A stretch of 57,949 nt of DNA, the filler included, from Sphacelaria rigidula (lineage: Eukaryota): the NCBI GenBank assembly GCA_964200075.2. It is 4 parts of 4 records of this genome, joined end to end, with 100 filler letters (N's around TTAATTAATTAA, not from the genome) between each part and the next. Parts side by side here need not be neighbours in the genome. Positions count along the whole stretch, not along the records: positions 29,029 to 43,440 come from CAXNAA020002266.1; 3 more parts are not named here. One strand, given 5' to 3'. The translations under genes and the position numbers were made by a program. Below are positions 28,929-40,800 of this stretch, piece by piece; the stretch's first letter is position 1, and the number at the start of each line of letters is the position of its first letter. The notes beneath the pieces were generated by a model. That model was not told where the DNA came from. It worked only from the letters and a program-made list of their open reading frames with translations, and ran no database searches.

Positions 28929-29028
28929 NNNNNNNNNNNNNNNNNNNNNNNNNNNNNNNNNNNNNNNNNNNNTTAATTAATTAANNNNNNNNNNNNNNNN
29001 NNNNNNNNNNNNNNNNNNNNNNNNNNNN
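28929..29028. other. Artificial contig linker
   Basis: N44 + TTAATTAATTAA + N44. Confidence 0.98.
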
Positions 29029-29241
29029 CATCCCTATCCCCTCTCCTAACCACCCGTATATCTCCGGCACAGGGCGGGGGGGGGGGGGGTGAGGGTACAG
29101 AACCACCACGCGTAAGCATTAACCAATCGTCCTGCCCCGCAGGCGTTTCAGTGCTCGCTTTAATGTGTTTTATCTTGATTACAATACCAGCACCTTTGTG
29201 ATCGAGTTTTGGGCGTGCGGGGGTGGAAATACTATGGACGT

Positions 29242-29504
29242 TTCCACACGTCGGACAGCTCATGAGCTACCTGGATATTACTTCTTATTAGAGTACTGAT
29301 CCGGATCATGAGCTAGCTCATTTGGCCACAATTTCCGCACTAGGTCCCGACAGCGATGGACACCGAGCACGCCGTGTAGCGAGAAGGCAAGTCTTTGGCT
29401 TCTCGGACACTGCTGTCACGTTTTCTGTGTTTTTGTACAATGGATGCGAGAGTTCTCTTCGAGTCGCCATTTCAGGTAGCTCATGAGCTGTCCGACGTGT
29501 GGAA
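29242..29504. mobile_element. MITE-like element, copy 1
   Basis: Perfect 32-bp inverted repeats TTCCACACGTCGGACAGCTCATGAGCTACCTG (29242-29273; 29473-29504). Diverged second copy at about 37620-37892. No clear TSD. Confidence 0.7.
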
Positions 29505-29712
29505 TATTTGCACAGGAAATGAGATGTTGATAGGACTCGAGGACTCAAGAAGTGTTGCACTAGTAAAAAAATAACACTCAGCAAATAACAGGGTTCCAGA
29601 ACATGCGGACACGATCTGTCGCTGGAAACAAAGTCAGGTCGAGATCACAAGTAGAAGAGGAAAAACAGTACCAATTAAAGGTACCTTTCGAACGTCCCCA
29701 GTTGGAACGACA

Positions 29713-31108
29713 GAGGTTCCCCTGCAATCGCTGAGGTGACAGGCAGGCTCGATATTTTCCAGCCGTTATGTGCCAGACACACCTCGGCATTTGTATTCTG
29801 CTATGTTGCGAGTTAGACCGAACATTCCCTGACATCATGGGACTGCAACGGACACGAAGCCGAGGGTTTGAGGGACCAGAGCAGATCGAACCGCGCCGCG
29901 TTCGTGACAAGGTGTACAGGGCGATGAAACTTGGATCTTCCCTACGATGGATGGTGAAAAAACATGAGCAAGCGGCAGCAGCAGCTAGGTAGGTCCTGGC
30001 TTCCTGACAGTGTAACGGTAATGGATCACGACTTACTTATCCCAGTGGAGTAGAAAGACCAGCACCCGACCGCCCACACTCATGGCAGCAGAGATACTAG
30101 TGCAGTGTGCACAGCACAAATACTGTGAAACAGCGCATCCACGCTTGGCAGTCTGTCTGTATAAATCAACTAGGGTGGGTGTTGCATCCACCCCAGTGAA
30201 AAGTCGTGATCAAGTTGTAAACGCCGACGTGTGAGAGGATGGTCCCGCCTTCTGCACTGTTCGGGGGTGAAAGAAGGATGTAATGCGTTGCCCCGGGTCA
30301 GCGGTGCCGTTGTCCTAGCCTTCCTGTGTTACTGTGTATCACCCGAGCGGTTGGTTCTTCCAATTGTTCACATTGCAGATTACTCAGCCGTCTGGTAGAT
30401 TACCGGTCCTGGAATCCGGACAATCACAGAGCGTTCGGTAATCTGCCCTTTGAGCAACTGTGAAATTTAACCGTTCGGATTACACGCAATAATAACACAT
30501 GAAAGGTGGGGGCAACGGCACAACTGACCCGGGGCAACGCATCGTATCCTTTCATCACCCCCGAACAGTCCAGAAGGCGGAATCACCCTCTCACACGTCG
30601 GCGTTTACAACTTGATGATGACCTTTCAATAGGGTGGATGCAACACCCACCCTAGTTGATCTATACAGACAGACTGCAAGCGTGGACTCCCTGTTCCACA
30701 GTATTTGCGCTGTGCACACTGCACTAGTATCTCTGCTGCCATTAAGTGTGGGCGGTCGGGTGCTGATCTTTCTACTCCACTGGGATAATCAAGTCCTGAT
30801 TCATTGCCGCTACACTGTCGGGTAACCAGGACCTACCTAGCTGCTGCCGCTTGCTCATGTTTTTTCACCATCCATCATAGGGAAGATCCAAGTTCCGTCG
30901 TCCTGTACACTTTTCACGAACGCGATGCTGTTTGATCTGCTCCGGTCCCTCCAACCCTCGGCTTCTTGTCCGTTGCAGTCCCATAATGTCCGGGAATGTT
31001 CGGTCTAACTCGCAACATGGCAGAATACAAATACCGGGGCGTATCAGGCATATGATGACTGTGAGATATCGAGCCTGCCTGTCATCTCAGCGATTGCAGG
31101 GGGACCTC
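29713..31108. repeat. Very long imperfect palindrome, centre near 30410
   Basis: About 600-bp arms (29713-30316 vs 30508-31108) are closely reverse-complementary. Weaker symmetry continues inward to the centre and outward to about 29575/31210. Confidence 0.92.
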
Positions 31109-32556
31109 ATTCGCTCCAGCTGAGAGTGGCCGGAATGTTCCTTTGGTCTGTACTTCGCTTCTCGATTTGTCATACCGCTCGCAGTTCTCGGAATCCTGTG
31201 TTGATTGAGAGCAAATTCAACCCTCGTGTGACCGGACTCCCATAAACCAGGGATGGTCGGCACACAGGGTCTATCTGTGAATTGGCATCAGTTTCGGTCT
31301 TTTTTAAGTGAAGATGACTTTTCGATTCACGATACGTCGTGACCCTCGGTTAGTCCAGTTCGGTCCGGAAAGAGTTGAGATTCAAGATACTGGAAGAAGC
31401 GAAAAAAACTGTCATGAATCAACAAATATTTTAGTTCCTCTGTACCACAAGCAAAGTTCTTCATGATTGAAGAGACCCTGAACGGTGTCCGACGCCGCAG
31501 GCGGTATTTTTTTTCAAATCTTCGGTGTTTTTTAGTTGGAACCCTTGTTCTCTTCCTTCTGCAAGCACAACCCTGCATGTATCAACGGCCGAAAAAAAGG
31601 AGTCGGCTCGAAGGTTGTATTTTTCCCCTTCTCCAGGGACGAAAAATGTCTAGAACGAAACAAGAAAACGTTTTTGTCAATCGTCCTCGCCGTCACTGGG
31701 GCTAGGTGCTAGATAGCCCCAGGCCGTCGTAACGGCCCCCTGATCATATTTTACCACCCTTCCTAAAGTTCCTGCCTTTTGCCGTGCGGATACCCCGGTA
31801 TGCTCCACACCAAAGTCGTTATCGTCCATCGACGTGATTTTTTTTTCCGAAAACCCGTCGAATTTCCCCCTGTTTGACCCACAGATTCTCAGTCAGTCCG
31901 AGTCGTTTGTTTTTCATTTATGAGCATCACAGTATCAATAGCTCTTCAGGTAACCCAACTTCAGCATCGCAGGCAACTTTATTGGCTAGATATGATCTGC
32001 CCCCCGTGAGGACTTTTACTTATGAGACAGAGAACGTACACTGAAATCTTGGGCTATTTCGACACGTCTCTGTGTGTCAAGTGTGTTGAAAGTGCCTGTA
32101 ATTTTTAGCTCGAACAAAGAAAACTTGAATCGGACCGTGGATTCCGCGTCTTGTATGCCGCCGCTGAACCCCGTTGTGTAACCGATGAAATAAATTTCCA
32201 CAGAATTTTACTCGATGGTCGACTAGGGGAAGGGACCGCTGAACCCTTCTCGCGGTAAACAGAAAAAACCCGTGTCAACAACGAGAAACGAGAAAATTCT
32301 TGCGCAATCCACCATGCATTTCGACGTGTACGATCTTGACATAATCACACCCTGGACAACATATGATCAGTAGATGCAACAGACAAAAATGTACTGGGTA
32401 AAGTTTGAGCTTATTGTAACTATTTTTGGACTAGTGTTGTAATAGGCCTAAACTCTGCGCGGTACGGTTCTTGTGTATTGAAGCTGTCGACCATACATTA
32501 TCTCCGGTGTGGATATTGTCCGGCATATTTTTCTACCCTGGATGAAATGTAGTTGA

Positions 32557-32906
32557 GACTCGCGGACGTTAGGTCCCCTCGACTTACCGCTGACTGCCTC
32601 TCGTTGCAATGCACTCCGTTGACCTGCACCGTGTAGGTGTTCGTGACAGGGTTCAACACGGCTTTCATCTTTTGATGGGCGTTGATGCGGTCGATATCCA
32701 AGACTTTCTCGTCGCCTTGCGGAGTTTGCTTAACAAACTCCCTAAGGTGACGGAAGAAGTCGTCGGTATTGACCTCAACAAAGCAAAGCAAAATGTGAAA
32801 GCAGTGCTGACCACTATCGCGGACACCTACACGGTGCAGATCAACGGAGTGCGTGTCAAGGAGAGGCAGTCAGCGGTAAGTCAAGGGCACCTAACGTCCG
32901 TGAGTC
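32557..32906. repeat. 350-bp imperfect palindrome with ~5-nt loop
   Basis: Centre GAGTTTG-CTTAA-CAAACTC at 32722-32740. Arms align with one indel. Mirror peptides KAVL..TYTVQ.NGV..ERQSAVS on both strands. Confidence 0.88.
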
Positions 32907-33121
32907 GACCGTTAAAAGGCCAAGTCAAAAGACCAAAGCAGTGTTGACCACTGTGGCAGACATGTACACCGTGCAGGGAAGGGACGTGTGCACCGCGGAA
33001 AGAAGGTGGAGCTCTACAGGGGAAATGAAAATGCTGTGGCTTCCTCCCGGTTGATCCCGGTTGATCCTTCTACATATACCGGAAGGTGTAAACTGGCGTC
33101 CACAATAGATGGGACACAGCT

Positions 33122-33123
<2 letters not shown>

Positions 33124-33181
<58 letters not shown>
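33124..33181. repeat. (CA)n microsatellite
   Basis: About 29 CA units. Confidence 0.97.
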
Positions 33182-33182
<1 letters not shown>

Positions 33183-33866
33183 CGTAATACAAACGGAGTC
33201 GATTCTTCGGGTATTTCGGGTCTTCGTCATTGTTGGTAAGAAGGAAGGGGTTTCGGTAGCGTCGCAGCGCGTTGCCTCGAGAGTCATCATGACGCGGAAG
33301 CCTCAACATCGACAAACGGGGTCGGTGAGGTACGACGCACGTAGCTGCTTTATTTTGCACCGTAATGGTTGCAGTGTGAGTTTTTCTTCACGAAAAACAA
33401 AACAAAACTTATGTCCATCCAGATATTCGAGAATATATATTTCCCAACGTGCACTGTGTACACATACCATGCACATTTCTTTTGTGTCACTCTGGAGACA
33501 TGACATTCCCCGGCAAGGTATCACACCCTGGGTAAAAAATGACAGTCGAGCATATTGTGCACAATATAAAATTTGGTGCGTGCTATAGACGCAAAAGTCG
33601 ATAATGTACGCAGTACACTTTTGACGACGTGATCCGTTGTCGTTATCCAGGGTGTGCAAGGGACAGCGTCCATCATCTTGGATGACAAATAGTATTCCCC
33701 TGCATTTTGTCGTTCTCTCGATGAAGATGCTGCACTCTCGGGATCCTCAAACAGCAGCTGGTTTGTACGCGGCTTTCGAATTTGTGCTTTAATAAAAACC
33801 CTGCGCACAGGGCAGGGCGGGGGTGGAGCATTTTCCCAAGATGCCAGCCACCCCGAATCTAGGTAC

Positions 33867-34271
33867 CGCATGTATGCAGTGACCCGCGCTGTGCTAGTAA
33901 ATTTCCTGTGTTCCATAAACATCGACCTGCGGGGATGGTCCGACGCGATGACCAATGAGGCTCGTTTCTTCCTAATCCGGGAAGACTCGCCCCCCGCAAT
34001 CCTCGGTGAGCCTACCGATGATGTTACTGCCAACCTTGCCAACATCACAACAGTACCTCTTTGCTGGACACTGCTAAAACGTCGGCAAGGTTGACTATGG
34101 CATCATCGATAAGCTGGCCGCGGATTGCGGGGGCGAGTCGTTTCGGGTTGGAAAGAACTGATCCTCATTGGTCATCGCCTCGGTCCATCCCCGCCAGTCG
34201 GTGTTCATAATCTTCTCGACCATAGTGCATTTTTCCTCGACTAGCTCAGCGCGGGTCATTGCATACATGCG
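33867..34271. repeat. ~400-bp imperfect palindrome
   Basis: CGCATGTATGCA.TGACCCGCGCTG at the left end and its complement at the right end. Mirror peptides MYA.TRA.LV...RGW..AMTNE..FF....DSPP. Loop near 34045-34080. Confidence 0.85.
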
Positions 34272-37200
34272 AAAAGTCTGCGAGACGTTGTCGAACGCCG
34301 CTTCTAGCCGGGAGATGCGTTGGTCGCACATCGCAACTCCTCGCCCGCAGGTTGGTCGCCAGCCTCAAGGCCAGCACCCAACATGTTGCCGATTCCGTGT
34401 TTTACCAGCGCTAGGCGATCGCTGACCGAGATTGACGTGGATGAGAACAATCGGCTACGCGAGCTGAAATCCATGACCGAAATCCGCCCATTTCCGCTGG
34501 GGCGGTGAGTACGTCGGTGGGGACGAGTAGAACGTTGCCCGCAAGACCTTGCAGCTCGCTCTTGACCATGGCGTGTGGCATTCTCCCGCGCAACGCCCGT
34601 AGTACTCGTGTTCGCGTTTTCCTCTAGGCGTCCACTTTCGTCTTATGCCGGGCTTTTCCCTAGAGGCGGGAATCCCTCGCCATTTCACCAGCAGCAGAGT
34701 ACGGGGATGGTGATTATGGTGCCAGCAGCCCGGTCGAGTATGTGAGCTGTTGAGGGGCTAGTTTGCCGGCGTTGGGCTACAAGTGTCCATGGTTGACACA
34801 ATTTTACAAATATCGCTACCCCTGATACTAACCCCAACCCAACGCATACCGAGAACCCCTCGGCGACGCCGATTTGAACGAAAACGCGTTGTGCGCACGC
34901 GATGATCACACGGGACTGTCAGCCCTACTGAACATCTGATTCTCGTTGTACACACTCGAATCAAGTAATATCAACCATGGGCATTTCTAGCCCAACGCCG
35001 ATAAACTCTACTGGCTATCGACGTCCTCCCCCGGCGCCCGCTGCTCTGGCGAAGGGGCCCGGTACCCCGGTGAAGGAGCCCGCTGCCCCGGTATATTGGT
35101 TACAAGACTGCGGTCGCTCCGCTGGGTTGCTGCCAGGCAGCCGACGCAGACTGCGGCGACGCAGCTGTGTGTCGGTTCAACTTGTCGTTCTTCGAGTCCT
35201 TGCAAACGCTTGTCCGTTTTCGTCCCGCATGCCATGTGTGCAAACGCTTGCTCGTTCTCGTCCCGCATGGTATTCACATCGCGGCTCAGTTCCCCTCTCT
35301 GACGTCGGGCGTCTGCGTCCACGAGCGATTGGACTTGCTGACAAGCTCGTATTTCTCTTTGTCCGCGATGTCATTTAGCATCAACGACACTGTCGCCGGC
35401 ACTCGGGGCATCAGCAGGTCCATCCATGAGTATGCAGAGCCCCCACAGTACTATAGAACAGTGTTCTGGTTGCATGACCTTCAACACTCGCACGGTCTGA
35501 AATCGAACAGTAGAAGGTGTCTGGATGTTCAGGCCCGCCGTTCTGCACGCCTGCTACTACGTCTGCATACCACTCTCTCAGCGTGCTGAATAACAATCGC
35601 TTCGATGTTGGGTATCAGCGGCGCAGACGTTCCAAGCTCGTAGCCTTCCATGTTCTGTTCGGCGTTCGTCATCTCACATGTATAATGATTCAGGGGTTGA
35701 TTCAAGATCATTCAATTGGATGATGAGAAGTTATTCCGCTGTCACAAAACACGTCTTCTCTCGATTGGAAGTATTCCGCATTTCCTCGTTGAAAATGAAG
35801 ACGTGGGGGGGGGGGTGCTTTGCTTTATTTTTAGTGACAAATTCTGGAGCTGCTTCACGTTCTGCAGATTGCAACGCATCTATCGTATCTCTGGGCGGAC
35901 GCACATACATGTCGTGTCTTATTTCTGTACTTTTGAAGGGGGGGAAAGGGGCCTCGAACCAGCATGCTTGCTCGAACGATTTACAGGTTCAGTAACTGGA
36001 ATGATGTCTTCATAGCGCTTCTGATGGTTGTGGAACATTCGGGGTTGTGTTTTGTAGCGCACGATTTCTTGTATACGCGGGTTTTACCCGTCCCGACAGT
36101 TCTCTGAGTTCTGTAAGCCTCTTATACCGGCACCGGAATTCGGTGAGGTTTATAAGAAGTGTTTACCCCTGCCCGGGCACGGGTGTACCCTTGTAGAAGT
36201 ACCCGGTTGCGGGTGGGGGTTTCTGAACAAATTCCATACCGTACCCGACAGTTCTGTGAGTTCTGTAACACATATCATCCCCTGCCGGACATACCCGTGC
36301 CCCACTCGGTACAACCTCAAGATATACCTATTCATAACGCTCTGGATGCATATGAAGCATTCCCCTGGTATCTTCCGACACTCGCCAACACGTTTCCCCC
36401 CCCCCCTGTGGTTTTGTGCTCGTTTATTCGATGTGCTGTAATCAATCCTCGAGCAGCGCCGCTAGTGGACACTCGGCTTCTTCCTCGCGCTCTCGAGCCC
36501 TCAACACGAGCGGAGACGAACGGACACACCCGAGTAGTAGTCTAGGGAGTACATTCGGCGGCGGTGTGGCAGGGGGCGCCGCTGCTATGGGCTCCTCAGG
36601 TGAGAATTTGACGCGAAGACGAAGACGAGACCTTGGTTACCGCCTACAGGGAACGGTGCATATCCAAAAATAGTAGAGGCCTCAACTCGTAAGAAACATT
36701 AGTTCAGGCTCAGCCTGAGTTTTTTTATTATCTGGAGTGATGCCGCGATAGTTCCCCTGCTTTCGAAAAAGTGACTGGTTTGAGGAAGCAAAATTTTCAT
36801 GTGAACCAAAATGACCAAAGCTGAGTAGCACACCGAGCAGCGGGGAACTCCTGCGCTTGGGATCGGTGTCGCCAATGTCGCCCATATGAGGGGCTTCACG
36901 AAGTCTGAAACTAGCTTTCATTGGCTGTTGAGCATTTTTTCGTGACAGTTTTGGGGCTTGTTTGGGGGGGGTGGCTATGGCGGCACCACTCTCTGATGCA
37001 AATGCTGATTATCGCCTAGTGTGGTGGGGCATTAGTGTTGCGCGTCGTTGCTGAGGTTGAGCACTTCCTCGTCATGTGGAAATCTCTGCACGATTTTCTT
37101 GCAACTTTTGAGTCTTCTGCGCGGGCCGCTACCGTACTAGATTTTGAGACTACCAGCCGTAACAGTGAAAATAGCCTTTGCTGCTGCATGAAGCGTGTCA

Positions 37201-37619
37201 CGTGTCTGGGCTTTGTACAAAATTTTGACGACGTCTCGGGTGGGAGAGGTGCGATAGTATGTAGGAACAGTAACGTAACATGATTGATGGAGTACACGAT
37301 AGTCGGTTTTATATGGTGACGCTTGAAAAGGAGCTTTGCACAACGGTGGAGTTCAACCTAATTTTGGCGAAAATGATCGAGAGTTGAATGTATACTCGGC
37401 GGCTGTAGGGTTGACCGTTGTGTTCACATCTTTGCAGGGCTCTGTTCCAAGCGCTTGCCGAGCCTGCGCGCAGCGTGCACGGCGAGTTGTGCCTACGCAT
37501 CTGTCGTGTCACTAACTGACGTACCTTTCGCGAAGATTCACGATTTTCAAATAACGCCAAGCTTATCCCCAGCCCAAGGCGTACGCGACAACCCCCGGGC
37601 AAGGGGTGTGCAAAGGGTG

Positions 37620-37892
37620 CACACGTCAGACAGGTCGTGAGCTAGCTGAATATTTCTTCTTACTAGCATACTCAGCCGGATCATGAGCTAGCTCATTTGG
37701 CTTCTTTTTTTTCCTTCATATTTTCTCCCTACAGCGCTGGACGCCCGGCACGCGGGGTAGCGCAAAGGTAGCGCTTTGGCTTCTCGGACCCCGCTGTCAC
37801 GTATGTTGCGTGCTTGGACCAGGAATATCATTAGTAGGGTCCCCTACGATGATTTGTTTTCGGTAGCTCATGACCTAGCTGTCTGGGGTGTG
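37620..37892. mobile_element. MITE-like element, diverged copy 2
   Basis: Shares CACACGTC.GACAG.TC.TGAGCTA.CTG and CCGGATCATGAGCTAGCTCATTTGGC with 29242-29504. Confidence 0.6.
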
Positions 37893-40800
37893 AAAGGGTG
37901 CGCCCGGCTTAGTGTGCGCTGGAAAAACTCGGATCGACAGCTGCGGCACCGATTTGGACAAAATGTTGATGTGGGCGAGCTCGGAGCACTCGGGACTGTC
38001 AGCCCTGCAAAAAATATGAAAAACGAATGGGGTTCACGCTTGATTCAAGTATTCTCCCTTTTTCAGTGATGAATGCCCCGTGACCGCAGGTGGATGCCAA
38101 GTGGGTCAGTTAATGTGCGATCAAGCAATCAAATGAATCAATCTAAAATAGTCATCCATGAGTGGATCGATGAAAAAACCGAGATCTTTCAATCAATCGA
38201 AGTGTGTCTGTCGATGAAGAGTCCAAACCTTCGAAATCGACCGGTGAATCGAGGAGGGGAAAGGCAAGGCTAAAGAAATCAATACCAATCAAATCAAATC
38301 AACCAAAATAAGTTGAACTAAAAAAACCAACCACTCAGTCAACGTTAATCGAGCAATCGATGGAAAATCAGTCGAACCCTTCTGTTTTTTTTCGGTGTGT
38401 CGATGCAAATCGTCGACTTTTCCAGGGCCGGCGACTGGGAGGGATGGCGGGTGGAACAGCAGTCGGTTCGTTGTTCGCGTTAAAGCGAGGCCCGATACGG
38501 GCATGGCTACCGCACTCCACACTGAAGTGAGACATGGCAGCGCCGTACTGGATGGACTTTGGACTCAGCAGGCCCACGCTTTGTAGGAGGTTATTTAGTT
38601 TGTTTGTTAGTTATGGTGCGGGCACATTCAATTCAACTCGGCGCTTGCTTCTTCTTGTGACGTGCGGGATATGGATCTAACATGTCATGTGTGTTTGTGG
38701 CTGTTGCGCGTTCCCCCCTCGCTGAAAGACATGACATTGTTGGAATATGAAGAACATAATGACGCAGGCATGCTTTTTTTCTCTTGTATCGCCCACTTCT
38801 TGAGCGCGAGGCGAATACTATCTCTAGCTGTGTAAGAGAGGGAGTTGACCCCAAGGCGGGTGGTACGCAGTTTGGCCGAGTGTGTGCTTCGAGGGGCATA
38901 GTGGCTCTGTTTTCTTGAGAGCTGTGCTATAGCCTACCGATTACCTACGGTAGAAGTGATCTGTGTCTCAAGTGCAAATTGCCTTGGGTCCACTTCGCTG
39001 ATGCCACTTTCGGATTAGTTTCATGTAGCATGTTTTGTCTCCTACTCTGAGTACGTGTGTGTGCAAGTGTTCATTGTTGCACATGCATAGTGTGGTGTCC
39101 ACAGTTCTGCGTCATTCGAGGACACTAAAATGCTGCTAAGCCGTATCCCAACAACTTGAAATCATTACCCGTCACCAGAATTCGATGTTTCAGAGTTTTG
39201 TTTTTTGTAGGGGGTTTTAAAATACGTTTTTCGCTCAACCGGAATGGTGAACACGTGGGCGCGCGCTAAAGTTGCGTGCCGCTGGTGTGTCCAGTTTTTG
39301 TTGGGCACGTTGGTTCGCTGCTGTAAGTAACTCTGACGGTGCGGTGTGCGAGTTGATTTTACCCTTGTCGTGTTGCCTGTCGCGTTGTGTTATACCCGAT
39401 GGGACGCAACAACCAATACCTATGCTATCCGTTCGCGTTTCGTGAGGGACCCCGAGATGTGTACGTGCTACTCAAGAACGATGTCTGTGATCTCGGTGAA
39501 TTTTCAACGTAAGGTCGAACTGCGTCTGGGTAAAGTCATGGAGGTGTGCTGTTTTTCGACCTGTTTTGGGTGGTGAGGTTGTTAAGTGGTGGCATATGTT
39601 ATGTCAGCAAGTACATGGGCGAACCCTCGGCGTCGTGCTCACCTGCCCGCACCAACGCGGCCGGCTACTGGACTCATTGAAAATTGTAGAAATCATCACA
39701 AAATCTACCCAGCTTGATCACTCCGTTCCTCCTGATATTACTCCTGTTCCAAAATTCACTGATCTGTTTGACTTTGCTGTTGATTTTTTCTTTCGGCTAC
39801 AGGAATGCCATGTAAGGTGTTCACCGCGCTATCTGGTTATACCGTCATACAAGAAATCAACGCTGTACGACGTCTGTAGGGAGCAGTACGTCCTTCTCGA
39901 GTACGCAGAGGGATGTAACCGCCCTGTATTGGAATGACAAAAAGGCTAATGATTGTTCGTCTTTTACGGGGGTGTAAGACCCTCTCACACCCTCTTCCCT
40001 CGTGTGATCAGGAAGTTTCAACAGTAGATTTCCCTACCTTTTTTTGTTGATGGATGATGTTGTGACCACCGGAATAATTCTCCATGGATTAGCACTCTCG
40101 TGGAGGATTTGTCCATAATATATTCATCATGCGGGATTATTACTTTGTCGGAGAAGATCCGTTTCTTGCCCTTTCCCACGAAGGAGTTGTTGATGCGGGA
40201 GACAGCGAAAGATGAATGCACCATTAGCAACGGCTCTGAGGTATTCGGAGAATCTCATATGCTTACGGTTGCGCGCTCGAGGGGTCATGGTGTGCGTTGA
40301 GCTGAATGCAGCAAGCTCGGCGCTCGGGACGCCCTTACGGGTGTGTGTGTGTAGTACAGTACTACCTTTGTCTTGAGAAGTTGGGGACTGGGGTGCCTGT
40401 GGCGACTTCTACTCACTTTTTCGAAGCGATCTGACCGAACAGAGGTTTTAAAAACGCACTCTGGATTGTGCTGTGCGTTCCTTTTGCATCTTGTATCTTT
40501 CCGCCGTGTACGTTTTGGAAGGCTGGTTTAGATGGTAGACTTCTGATTCGTTTGCGATTTTTGTGCGCGCATCTTTTCTTTCTCGAGGGGATCCATGGGT
40601 GCGCTTTGTTCGGGGTGGTCGGTACGGGCTGTGTGGTTGAATGATTATGTTTTCTTTTGTTCTTCATGTTTTACAACAGTCGGTGCGACTTCTGTTATCT
40701 AGTCATTTGTTGAACGTTTCTTTTGTCTCTTGTCATTGGTTTTTCCCTTTAGTAGAAGCAGACATGTTTGTGTCCGGTCGTGACGGATAATCCTTTTTTT

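Noticed and set aside
35008-35374. Gag-like ORF with a duplicated MRDEN.QAFA segment
   Set aside because: Short internal duplication is visible, but there are no associated retroelement domains or LTRs.
37016-37602. hAT transposase fragment on the minus strand
   Set aside because: Only a vague resemblance; no clear catalytic motifs.
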